DNA of 50,935 bases. Source: Nemertoderma westbladi (Eukaryota > Animalia > Xenacoelomorpha). How positions within the stretch are numbered: the stretch's first letter is position 1; each line of letters opens with the position of its first letter. Under the pieces are notes generated by a model that did not search any database, was not told the DNA's origin, and worked only from the letters and a program-made list of their open reading frames with translations. The stretch lies in the NCBI GenBank assembly GCA_032718475.1, contig JAUCBJ010001011.1, positions 1 through 50,935 on the forward strand. Direction: 5' to 3'. A program made the translations under genes and the position numbers. Of the stretch, positions 1 to 11,431 are shown piece after piece.

Positions 1-761
1 AGATCAGTAGGTCCAATAATCATAAAAAAATACCTTCTCAATTAAAATTTTGTGCTCTTTCTCGTGGAGACATCCAATTAGCACTACTGAGCACATAAAT
101 ATTCAGAAATTGAATGCAAACTCCAAACTTCATCGCATTTACCGATATCGCGATATATCGGAGCCAGTATCTTCTATCCCAGATATCTCGAAAACTAAGC
201 AAGATATGGGAAAACGGTTTCCATATTTGGATTCAGCATGAAATTCTGCATCAGATAGGATATGTTTCAAAAATTCGACTTTTTGGTCAGAAAATGTGCT
301 ACCTCACTTACCGCTTAAAAATTTGATGCGACTTCTAGTTTCCGAGATATAGAAATTAATGTGTAACACGCCAGTGTAAATATTACTCATTTCCCATTGA
401 ATCACAGCTTATTGTGAAATTGATTAAATTATTATGGAACAGCACCAATTTGCTACTTACTTTTCCCTAATGTTCCTTTTGTTTGGCTTGTGTTATGCAA
501 ATTTACGCAGAATTTCCATGAATAAACATATGATCCGCAAAATAAAATTTTGTAGACTTTTTTTGGTCATTAATAAGGTAATATAGAATCCAAAATATGT
601 GGTTCGGATTGATTGCGAAACACTTATGGGTTTTTTGCTAGATTGACTCGACTATTAGAATCTGGCCAACGAGCCGCTGTGAGCTGTTTTGGCTGGAGAT
701 CAGTCAGTCAGTTACGAGCAATTCTTACAGTAAGCACCAATCGTGTTACTAATTTACGTAC

Positions 762-1011
762 CTTGGAGTAGAATTCCAGTATATTGTCCACTGATAGATA
801 TGTAAACGTTGTCCCCTGGAGTGAACTTCGTTTTGGATAGGATGAAATTGTAAGGGCATTCAGCTGTTTGTGGCTCGGCATTGTGATAGGCAGCAGCGGC
901 ATTGGGAGTCATACTGTTGCAGGCACCGATAGGGGCCCCGTCTGGTTTTCCCGTTACCACGACTATAGATAGCCAAAAAATGGCCACCACAGGAACCACG
1001 GTATCGTACAT
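762..1011 (-). CDS. First coding exon of a secreted Reeler-domain protein (defense protein / FRRS1-like); remaining exons are not seen and probably lie left of the window
   Basis: Hydrophobic signal peptide MYDTVVPVVAIFWLSIVVVTG followed by the Reeler signature GAPxxACxxMxP...H...PQ...PY...G+LLQ. The exon ends at the splice donor CAAG|GTACGT (762/761). Confidence 0.85.
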
Positions 1012-1770
1012 GATAATTGTACTTCAGTAGTTTAGTTTAAATTGCCAATGAAAATTAAATATTTTGGGGAATTAGATATTAAATAAATAATATATAGAAA
1101 TCCGAACCACCAAGTGATGTAATTATTGTAAACTGTAACATTATTTACATCAACATTCTTCTTGGAAACATAACTTTTTGGCATCGTAAGCAATTAGTTT
1201 GTAAGGTACAGGTATTACAAGGATAATTAATGATGGGTTACCGTGCCAAACTACATGAACTTGAACATGAACTTTATTTGCCATATATATTAGCCATACA
1301 TCTACGTCCCGTAAACTTAGTGGGGCGACCTCGGTTAAACCTCTAAGCCGTAGGACAAAGAAGCAGCTAACCCAACCGTCTATATCCAATCGGTCCCACC
1401 CCTGTTTAGACCCAGGCGGTAACCTGGTGTTTTGCACAGCAACAGCACTATAGCCAAGTTCCAATAGCGTGAAGCTGCACCAAATTTATATTAAGACTAT
1501 TTTCCACAAAATAGACTTTTCACGACATTTCGATTTTCCAGTTTACGACTAAAACACTGTATTTTATGTACTATTTTTCGTTTACAATTTTTTGGATTGT
1601 ATTATTTTTCGAGGCTATACTTTGGATCCTAACGGACCTAAAGCACCCCTCACCCGGTTTCTCTTTTTCCCTCTTCCCAGAGGCTTTTCAATGATGTTAC
1701 TTAGAGAACACTATTTGTATATACCAGAAGGAAGCAATATAGTTGTGGATATCTGTAAATAACAAGTCAT

Positions 1771-1853
1771 TGAAGGACCGTGTATTATTGTGAAGGACCG
1801 TGTATTATTGTGAAGGACCGTGTATTATTGTGAAGGACCGTGTATTATTGTGA
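1771..1853. repeat. 20-bp tandem repeat, ~4 copies
   Basis: TGAAGGACCGTGTATTATTG x4. Confidence 0.95.
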
Positions 1854-2589
1854 GCTATTTTCAAGTCAGTCTTGATACCGAGAAACCAATACAATCCCCC
1901 CACCCCAACCCCCCCCCCCCCCCGGGCGGGGGGGGGGGGGGGGGGATTATTGTGCGTCGGTCGAACCAGAACTAAATCCTAGATACGTCACTGCTCGATA
2001 TGTAAGTAAAAGTTCCCTTCTTAAGGAACAGGTGTAATTTCGTATTATATTTATATTGTTTATCAATTTCATAAGTCTATTAAATGGAAAATCTTGAAAA
2101 ATAACGTGGTGGACTGCCTACCTAAGTTTCGGGTTAAATATAACCCCATTTGTAAAAAATTTAAAGTTAAAGATATGAAATATCGGTTCTAGAACATTAA
2201 TTATTATCAACCAATAAGCTGTACTTTACTTAATATTTTACTATAATGATGTTTAAGTCGTTACTCAATACAATTAAATTTTACGATGTTCTAAAAACTC
2301 AACCCACAACCTGAACACAGGAAGCGCATATAATTTACGGAGTTACCAAAACTAAACAATCACGGGAAACATTATCCAAACAGCTACGCTTATCTTTATA
2401 TATAAAATATGTACTATAATCGTATGCACCACAAAAGACCTCGGTTGCATTAAATATATCGCTTCGATCTTCTGTAAACGAACACAGTAATAATATATAG
2501 TGGTACATTACTTTTTACACAAATAAATAGATAATTTGGACCCGGACTCGGACTCGGACCCGGACTGGAGTCCATAACAATCGGATCCT

Positions 2590-2852
2590 AATTGTCCGGA
2601 TGCAAATTGTCCGGGTCCCAACTGTCCGGGTCCCAACTGTCCGGGTCCGAATTGTCCGTGTCCGAATTGTCTGTGTCCGAATTGTCCGTGTCCGAGTTGT
2701 CCGGGTCCGAATTGTCCGGGTCCCAACTGTCCGGGTCCGAATTGTCCGTGTCCGAATTGTCCGTGTCCGAATTGTCCCTGTCCGAATTGTCCGGGTCCCA
2801 ACTGTCCGGGTCCGAATTGTCCGTGTCCGAATTGTCCAGATCCGAATTGTCC
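2590..2852. repeat. 15-bp minisatellite, ~17 copies
   Basis: AATTGTCCG(G/T)GTCCG and CAACTGTCCGGGTCC units. These generate the spurious GQFGP / SELSV ORFs. Confidence 0.95.
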
Positions 2853-3119
2853 TATATCCATGTAAAAGTACAGAGAATACATACAAACTAATATAAAAAA
2901 TAAAATCACTGTTCATAATATTCCTGGCTATAATAGTTGGAAGTCACTTTTATGTGTCAACCAAATATTTAGATTTATCTACCATAAATTAAAATTGTTA
3001 TATTATTTATTATTAGTTATAAATAAAACAAAGACGGTTATATAAAATATAAATTTTAAAATTTGTTCGTAAAAGCGACAAATAGAACGGGAGTGGTTTT
3101 AGGGAAGGTGAAAATGTTC

Positions 3120-3593
3120 CATTGTACCACTATCCGAGTAGAACCGGTAGACATTGTACCACTATCCGAGTAGAACCGGTAGACATTGTACCACTATCCG
3201 AGTAGAACCGGTAGACATTGTACCACTATCCGAGTAGAACCGGTAGACATTGTACCACTATCCGAGTAGAACCGGTAGACATTGTACCACTATCCGAGTA
3301 GAACCGGTAGACATTGTACCACTATCCGAGTAGAACCGGTATACATTGTACCACTAACCGAGTAGAACCGGTAGACATTGTACCACTATCCGAGTAGAAC
3401 CGGTAGACATTGTACCACTATCCGAGTAGAACCGGTAGACATTGTACCACTATCCGAGTAGAACCGGTAGACATTGTACCACTATCCGAGTAGAACCGGT
3501 ATACATTGTACCACTATCCGAGTAGAACCGGTAGACATTGTACCACTATCCGAGTAGAACCGGTAGACATTGTACCACTATCCGAGTAGAACC
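3120..3593. repeat. 32-bp tandem array (~14.8 near-identical copies) overlapping the LRRC58 stop codon
   Basis: Unit CATTGTACCACTATCCGAGTAGAACCGGTAGA with only a few substitutions (~3342, ~3357, ~3502). The rightmost copy encodes V-L-L-G-stop on the minus strand. Confidence 0.97.
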
Positions 3594-3961
3594 TTCTGTA
3601 ATTGGCTGGCTGGCACCTCCGCTTCGTCCTCCGTGGCGGTCTCCGATTCGCTGCTACTGTAGGAGTTAGGCAGCGAACACCCGGGGCTGCACAGGTAGTG
3701 CAGCAACGGGAGGCGGTACTTACCGCAGAAATCCACGAACTTTACCTGCCGCACGTGGGATTGGAAGAAGACGCCGCTGCAACGGGGGTTGACGCAGCGA
3801 CGTGCGCTGTCTAGGTAGCGACGCAATGAGTCCGGGAGTCTGTCCGACGGGATACCGTGGAGTCGGACAGTCCGGGCGGCCACCTCCAATAGGGACGGCG
3901 GCTGGAAGTTGAGATCCCGGACGAACCGGACAACTAGGGGGTTTCCTCGGAGACTCAGTTC
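3578..3961 (-). CDS. LRRC58: Leucine-rich repeat-containing protein 58, last exon
   Basis: Acceptor ccttag|GAA at 3961. Reads ELSLRGNPLVVRFVRDLNFQPPSLLEVAAR...CVNPRCSGVFF...KFVDFCGKYRLPLLHYLCSP...QKVLLG*, the characteristic LRRC58 C-terminus. 384 nt, phase 0. Confidence 0.93.
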   Translation of the reverse strand, partial: ELSLRGNPLVVRFVRDLNFQPPSLLEVAARTVRLHGIPSDRLPDSLRRYLDSARRCVNPRCSGVFFQSHVRQVKFVDFCGKYRLPLLHYLCSPGCSLPNSYSSSESETATEDEAEVPASQLQKVLLG

Positions 3962-4003
3962 CTAAGGGCGGGGGGGGGGGTTATATGCGCATTAATAATA
4001 TAT

Positions 4004-4829
4004 TAGGGGTGTGCCGTGCCGGATATCCGCAGGCCGGAATTCCGGCCGGATTTTGAGAAAAATATCCGGTTCCGGCTCCGGCCGGATTTCAATTTTTTGG
4101 GCGGATTTTCATTTCAACGAATTGTACATTTTTTACAACAAAATTTACAATTAATGTAAATTTTCCAAAATAACATGAAAATGAATTTTCTTTTAAATTC
4201 AAGAAATTTAAACATTAGCAAATACAATGGATTACAATACAATTTATTTCATAGTTCGTATCATATTCATTCATATTATGAATACAATAAAGTCTAAAGC
4301 AGAGCTATTATTTTATGATGACCAAGAATATTTCTATTTGGTTTTTTTTTGGGCTCACTAACACTTAATATATATAATAGTAAAGGCCTACTTGTGCCCA
4401 TATACCGTTATTACTAATTATAACTGGTCACTAATTATTATATTGTCCCAGCGCGCAAGCGTTGATGTTAGGTCTAGCTAGCTAGGTTTGTTATAAATTG
4501 AGATTAAGCTGACCGCCGTGAATGACAAGTTTATATATTCGACAGGCAATTTAGAAATAGTAGAGATTTAGTTACCTATCTCTTAGATAGTATAAAAAAA
4601 ACTACAGCTATTGTTACTTCGTTCTATTTTTCAATTTTATTTTATTTCATTTTCATATTTAACAACATCAAATCAATCCATTATCAATATCAAATCGGCG
4701 TTGGTTATGGTGCAAATGGTTATGGTGATATATAAAAAAAAATCCGGCTTTGGCCGGAATTCCGGCCGGATTTTTTTACAACCGGCTCCGGCCTGGCCGG
4801 TTTGAAAATAGTCAATCCGGCACATCCTA
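4004..4829. mobile_element. Non-autonomous hAT-like MITE in an LRRC58 intron
   Basis: Ends TAGGGGTGTGCCG...CCGGCACATCCTA, CCGG-rich subterminal repeats at both ends, and an imperfect TSD (TAATATAT / TAAATATAT). Confidence 0.75.
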
Positions 4830-4870
4830 TAAATATATTCACAACTTTAATTAATTACACAGTAACTCAC

Positions 4871-5093
4871 CTGTAAGTTATCCAACTCAGCGATCTCCTT
4901 GGGTAAAATAGTGAGTCGGTTGTTGTGGAGAGACAAGGATTGGAGTCGATCGAGGTTGGCCAACTCGGGGGGAATGCTATCCAGTTGGTTGTCCGCTAAC
5001 GCGAGACTGCAGAGACTCGGTAGACTACCCAGGGACCTCGGGATCCGTGTTAGACGGTTACCCCCCAAGTAAAGCATCTCCAGCTCCAACATT
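4871..5093 (-). CDS. LRRC58: LRRC58 internal LRR exon
   Basis: Acceptor ccctag|A and donor CAG|gtgagt. LRR repeats LYLGGNRL, LALADNQL, LSLHNNRL. Phases match both neighbouring exons. Confidence 0.92.
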
Positions 5094-5263
5094 CTAGGGA
5101 GTTTATATATCGATATTAGAGTTCCGGCAACTCTTAATGGAGACAGAAAACAAGAAACAGTTTATTCTACGTAATCAAGCAAACAGACTCCAAAGATTAG
5201 CTTCCGATAAAACGATGTTGAAATCTAAATAACAAAACAAATTTGTACACAAGAATGTCCCAC

Positions 5264-5525
5264 CTTGGTGTAGGTGTAGTGGTTTGGTTGCATTGAATTC
5301 ACATCTCTCGGAGGTCGTGGGTTCGTTCCCCGCAAGGGGGCCAGGGCAGTTTTCATTTCTGCACGAATGCTTTAAAGGGATTAGTCAGGGGGATCTCTTG
5401 CACGCATCCTTAAATGGTAGCTAAAATACTACTGGAGTTTCCTCTGGGGAGTTCTGGGGGGACCGCACTGGATATAAGTCGCCAGACTTCCGTAATCCCT
5501 GGCCTAACGACTGAAGAAACTTATA
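5264..5525 (+). mobile_element. tRNA-derived SINE-like repeat in an LRRC58 intron
   Basis: A-box-like TGGTGTAG...TGG and B-box GGGTTCGTTCCC. The related head (GGAGGTCGTGGGTTCGATCCC) recurs at 28439-28645 and 30245-30340. The 3' end is approximate. Confidence 0.6.
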
Positions 5526-5620
5526 ATAAGTTGTATATTATCTAATAGGCCCTATTAATTATATATAAATTAACAAATCCTATAATCTAATGTGAAACAC
5601 GAAATCTACGATAATCTTAC

Positions 5621-6021
5621 CTATCGATCTCCGAAGGTAATGATTGTATTAAATTGGAACCGATGTGTAGGATTCTGAGACGAGGGAGATTAATAACTTG
5701 GTAAGGAAACTGCGAGAGATAGTTAGAACTGAAATTCAGGACCTCTAGTTTAGTGCAATCCATCAAACTCTTAGGTAAAGTGCAATCCTTGATTCTATTG
5801 TTTTTGGCAAAGAGTTTCATTAAATCAACAAGTTTGCCCAATTCTGGGGATATTTCCTCGATAACATTATGCGAAACATCAAGAACTTGTAAGGAACGAA
5901 GTTCTGATATCGAGTCCGGTATGGAACGAATGTTATTGTTCTGGAGGTAGAGAGATGTGAGTCGAGACGGGAATGTAACCTCGGGCCAATCGTGTAAACT
6001 ATTATTAGAAAGGTCAACATC
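5621..6021 (-). CDS. LRRC58: LRRC58 internal LRR exon; the start-codon exon was not identified
   Basis: Acceptor tttcag|GAT. Reads DVDLSNNSL...LYLQNNNI...LDVSHNVI...LFAKNNRI...LNFSSNYL...LHIGSNLI. The donor AG|gtaaga (phase 2) joins the next exon as AGA. Confidence 0.9.
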
Positions 6022-8161
6022 CTGAAATAATAAAATAAGAACCGGTAGTTGTTTAAATAAATATATATCAGTATAAAATACACCGGTAATTAATTCTGTA
6101 ATTAGCTACTCATAGCTTCAAGTTAATAATTCATTCTTATTTTGAAGATTTTTAACCAATATTTTTATTCTTGGTGGGATAAATATTTATCCATTTTACT
6201 TAACACAGCCGCGGCCGTTCTGAGGGAGGTACGTTATTGCTTAGCCGACGCCGGGATACGATAGAAGGGATTAATTAGTGAATTCGTGTTTATTTTCAAA
6301 AAAGATTACCACGTCTTTTTTCCGAAATTGTCCGTCAAAGTTGAAAAAACGGACAAAATGACTTTGTGGGATCCGCTATAACTCGGCTAATATTAATCGT
6401 ACGGGGACGAAAGTAACGCGGTTGGAAAGGGGAAGAGTGGTACTACCTTCGTATCGAATGGGGGTAAGATATTTATTAATATTTCGGGTGGAAAAAGGGG
6501 CCGTAACTTAGTCCGTTTTTTCCATATTTTTTACACATATTAATATTTACGAAATTTTTAATTCGACAACGCAAATAGGAAACTGCCAATTCTTTTTCGG
6601 AACGCGTAAAAGACCGCAGGGGCTACGTTCCTATCGAATGGGGGTACAAAAAATAAGTCTGCAAAAGGGTCCAAAAACAAGTCCCCAAAAGCAAAAGGTG
6701 CCACCCTGTTCCATAGCGCGGGAAATTCAAATGATTGAAAGACATGTTTTTTGCACTGGAAAGGGTGGCAGATCAGATCTGCCACCTAAATTCTGGCGGT
6801 AAATTCAAATCTGTTTTAACATTGAATACGGCAGTGATTTTTTATGTCCTTTTATTTGACTTTTTTTGTCCTCCCTTTTTTACGAATTGTGCATAATGAA
6901 TTTTGTTGTCCCTTTAATGACTTTTGTTGTCCTTTAATGACTTTTTATGTTTGTATGTATTTCTTCCAATTGTCAGACTGCTGATTTCTGGACTGTCAGA
7001 CAGTTGATTTCAACATGCCTAGGGTAAACTGGGGTAATTTGGGACATGGGGGAATTTTGGACAGGCTGGGGTAATTTGGGACAAGTATTTTCTTAACTGT
7101 GATTGCAGTGGGGTTTGGTGGGTTGCTTAAATTATAGGCCTACACTTAGCTTCAGACTTTATATGCCTATTTTAAATGATGTAGGGATGTCGGATAGACT
7201 AGCCGTCACAGGCAAGTGTAAGGTGTTTGCTTTGAGACATTTCGCCCACTAGCGGCAGACTGGAGAACTGAAGAGATGGCAGATAACCTATATAGTAGGT
7301 AAGGTATAGTACTGTAGTAGGGCCTATCCTCTGATCCTTCCTATCTGCCTATAGCTTAATACATACTTTGCCAAGATTCAGCTTACAGGCTTATGGTAAA
7401 CAAATTAAAATCATGGAAATGGAAAAAGGCCTTTAATTCAACATTTCGCCCTCTAGCAGCAGACTGGAGAACTGCAGCATCAGCAGATTAATCACCTTAC
7501 TCAAAAAGACGCAGCGGCAGCCACGCAGCATTTAGTCGTGGTCTGGTACTATAGGCCTACATATATTCCAAGACTCAGCTTGTGGTCGCAACTCCTACAA
7601 GCGTCTTCGCAGTAGGTCGCCGTTGGTTGATTACCTTCCGCCGACCTTGTCAGCATGTCTAGCCGTTGGTTGATTACCTTCCGCCTATCCATGGCCTACA
7701 GCCCTGCTGCCGACTGTAGGGGTCCATTTGTTACACCCTGAACCAAGTGTGCCTCCTGGGTTAGGTTACCTAACACTGGTAGAGGAGCATCCAGTATAGA
7801 CAGGGCGGGGCTTATATCATCTCTAGTGCAGATGCATATCAAGCCTTTGCCTTCAATGGTGCCCTAGGCGCTATAGCCCTCAATGACTTATTAAGTTGAC
7901 GGGGCTGAACCAACCCACTCTTGATCAACTAAATAATGAATAGGCTATGGTTATCGGGCCTGCCCTACTGGGCTGACAGCTACAGGTAGTACCACATTAC
8001 TGCCATAGTGGTAGCAGGATCTGGGTACCTGACCTGACCCTAAAAGTGATACATTACCTATGTGAAAGGTATATCCACATTTTCCACAATCCAGTTTGGC
8101 CTCCAATCAGTCATCATGTCAGTAATCAATCATCCGAGCAGCACGTGAACGTCAGTAGGGA

Positions 8162-11100
8162 ACATACCCTTAAATAAGCTCCAAAAGTGGGTTCTTATTT
8201 AAGGAAAATGGCTCTTATTTAGGGGTTTGTGGGCCTTTTTTGGATATTTTTTCGATATAATATGCAATAACTTGTTTCAGGAAAAAATACCGCATAATTT
8301 TATTTCACAATGTAAAAGTTGGGTCTTTCTTGAACATAAAGCAAAAAACCAGAAAACATTTCACCGTCCGGTTTTTCTTCCTACAAGCGTTTTAAAATTG
8401 CATCAAAAATACGACTAGTTCCTAAATAAGGGGATTTTTTAAATTTACCTTATTTAAGATATCGAATTTGTACACATAAATACTAAAAGTCCCTAAATAA
8501 TAACTTTTTGACCTGGGTTTCTTATTTAGGAATACAATTGTATTCCAAAATCTGCACATTCCTTAAATAAAATAAATATTCCCTATTCCTTACAGTATGC
8601 TGGTATGTGTTACACTTCTTTCATAATTCTTTGATTTATCAGTTTATGTCAGTCTGTATCAGTGTATATTGCTAATTGTTGGGTTAAGGACAGAAGGATA
8701 AGGACAATGGGTGCACTGCACTCTATAAATCCTCTATAGAATATTGTATCATAATGAAGTTGCTAGCACTGGCATTCTTACCTCACACGGTAGCATAGAA
8801 TAGCCCATTGATATTCAAAAGAATAGCCCATCGCCCATCTGAGCGCACATACATTGTCACGTATTTCGATGAGACAAGTAAGAAGTAACTGGACATCGCC
8901 GCACAGTTTCGAAAAACTAACTTGTGCCTGCATTTCCTCTTCTGCTCCGCGTTATGCCCCACTTAGATGGATTGTCCACAATGTTGTACTTGAAAGGTGT
9001 GAAAAAAAAAATCAATGTCAATGTCATGTCAATAGGCACAAAGATGGTTCGGTCGGGCAGCTGATAGACGTTATGAAGGTTAAAGATGATGACTGGATGA
9101 CGTTTTGGCTCAACTGGCTCAGGCAGTGGGACACGTTCGTGGGACACGTTCGTGGGACATTTGCGCAGCATGAAGTGAGCAAAGCCTTAGCTAGCCCTAG
9201 CTGATAGGGGCCCCACCCCATTAACATGTTGTCTTTCGTTAGTCAGAGGTCGTTCAACACAATACTCGTCTCCTTAATTTGCCTCATTGCGTTCGTTTGT
9301 TTTTTGCCAAACTTCAGATTATTTCTAATCTTTTGACAGACTACATACATACCAAGTTTCGTTTAATTTCATCAAGGAATGACCGAGTTATTAGCGATAA
9401 AAAATTTACAACGACGACAGACAACTCGTTAATAGCACCCATCAGCCCATATGCTAAGGCTTCGCTCACTTAAACGTCAGAACGTGGCTCTCCCCCACAT
9501 TCAATCCGGTTCGACGCAGTTTATTTCTCGTTGTTGCTCATTGCTGCTCATTGTGCTTTATTATTTCTCGTTGTTGGTCATTGTTGCTCATTGTTGGTCA
9601 TTGTTGCTCGTTGTTGGTCATTGTTGCTTGTTGTTGCTCATTGTTGCTCGTTAGTTGTACTTTATTATTGCTTGTTGTTGCTCGTTGTACTCTATTATGG
9701 CTCGTTGTTGCTCATTGCAGCATTGCTTCTCATTGTTGTACTTTATTATTGCTCGTTCAATCGTTGTTCCTCATTGTTGCTCGTTGTTTCTCCTTCTCGT
9801 TGTTGTACTTTATTATTGCTCATTGTTGCTCGTTGTTACTCAATATTACTCGTTGTTGCTCGTTCAGTCGTTGTTGCTCATTGTTGCTCGTTGTTGTACT
9901 TTATTATTGCTCATTGTTGCTCAATATAACTCGTTGTTGCTCGTTCAGTCGTTGTTGCTCATTATTGCTCATTGTTTCTCGTTGTTGCTCATTGTTGATC
10001 GTTGTTGTTCTTTATTATTGCTCATTGTTGCTCAGTGTTTCTCATTGTTGCTCGTTGTTGCTCAATGTTACTCGTTGTTATACTTTATTATTGCTCAATG
10101 TTACTCGTTGTTACTCATTGTCATTGTTGCTCATTGTTACTCGTTGGTTCCTCATCCTCATGTCCTAATTATTGGTCGTTGTTTCTCGTTGTTGTACTTT
10201 ATTATTGCTCATTATTACTCATTGTTACTCGTTGTTGCTCATTGTTGCTGGTTGTTGTACTTTATTATTGCTCATTCAGTCGTTGTTCCTCATTGTTGCT
10301 CGTTGTTGCTCATTGTTGTACTTTATTATTGCTCATTGTTGCTCGTTGTTTCTCAATGTTAATGTTACTCATTGTTGCTCGTTCAGTCGTTGTTCCTCAT
10401 TATTGCTCATTGTTGTTCATTGTTTCTCGCTGTTGCTCATTGTTGCTCGTTGTTGTACTTTATTATTGCTCATTTTTGCTCGTTGTTGTTCATTGTTGCT
10501 CAATGTTACTTGTAGTAGTCGTAGTCTGGTAGTTGCTCATTGTTACTCGTTGTTGCTCATTGTTGCTCGTTCAGTCGTTGTTCCTCATTATTGATCGTTG
10601 TTGTACTTTATTATTGCTCATTTTTGCTCAATGTTACTCGTTGTTGCTCATTGTTGCTCGTTGTTTTGTTACTCATTGTTCATTTGTTGCTCATTGTTGC
10701 TCGTTGTTTTGTTACTCATTGTTCATTTGTTGCTCGTTGTTGCTTATTTGTTGGTCATTGTTGCTCGTTGTGCATTTTTGCACATATCAAATTAAGCTCA
10801 GAAGCTCCCTTATCTCTGCATCTTGCAATGTCCTGTCAAGGTTAGGCAGTTAGGAGGTCATACAGTCATAAATGTCATATCATAAGCAGTTAAGGGCAGA
10901 AGGAGGACGGGACTGCAGGACTGGGAGACGAGGTTATAAGAGACATTATATAAGGATATTTAATTTAATTTATTTAATTTAATTTATTTAATTTAATATA
11001 TGAGAAATGAGAAATATTTAATTTATTTAAGGAGTATGCAGATTTTGGAATGAAATTGTATACCTAAATATGAAACCCATGTCAAAAAGTTCTTATTTAA

Positions 11101-11431
11101 GGACTTTTAGTATTTATGTGTTCAATTTCGATGTCTTAAATAAGGTAAATTTAAAAAATCCCTCTTATTTAGGAACTGGTCGTATTTTTGATGCAATTTT
11201 AAAACGCTTGTAGAAAAAAAACCGGACGGTGAAATGTTTTCTGATTTTTTGCATTATGTTCAAGAAGGACCCAACTTTTATATTGTGAAATAAAATTATG
11301 CGGTATTTTTACCTGAAACAAGTTCTTGCATATTATGTCGAAAAAATATCCAAAAAAGGCCCAAAAACCTCTAAATAAGAGCCATTTTCCTTAAATATGA
11401 ACCTACTTTTGGAGCTTATTTAAGGGTATGT
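8162..11431. mobile_element. Foldback / long-TIR non-autonomous DNA element (~410-bp TIRs)
   Basis: 8162-~8572 (ACATACCCTTAAATAAGCTCCAAAAG...) is the near-exact reverse complement of ~11023-11431 (...CTTTTGGAGCTTATTTAAGGGTATGT). No clear TSD. Confidence 0.85.
9520..10775. repeat. Low-complexity (GTT/ATT/GCTC) ~12-bp minisatellite
   Basis: Degenerate TTGTTGCTC(A/G) units; source of many spurious Leu/Val/Cys ORFs. Confidence 0.93.

Noticed and set aside
1896-1946. Poly-C/poly-G tracts (also ~27810, 29684, 33020, 33171, 49739) as functional G-quadruplex elements
   Set aside because: Scattered through repeat remnants with no positional pattern, and homopolymer lengths are unreliable.
2508-2916. 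GQFGP / SELSV ORFs as a structural protein
   Set aside because: Open in several frames on both strands because of a stop-free 15-bp repeat.
3120-3593. 32-bp repeat as a CRISPR array
   Set aside because: Units are directly adjacent with no unique spacers, there are no cas genes, and the context is eukaryotic.
5264-5345. tRNA gene
   Set aside because: A and B boxes are present but there is no convincing cloverleaf; diverged dispersed copies point to a SINE.
9451-10853. Cys/Leu/Val-rich membrane-like ORFs
   Set aside because: Translations of a low-complexity repeat in all three frames.
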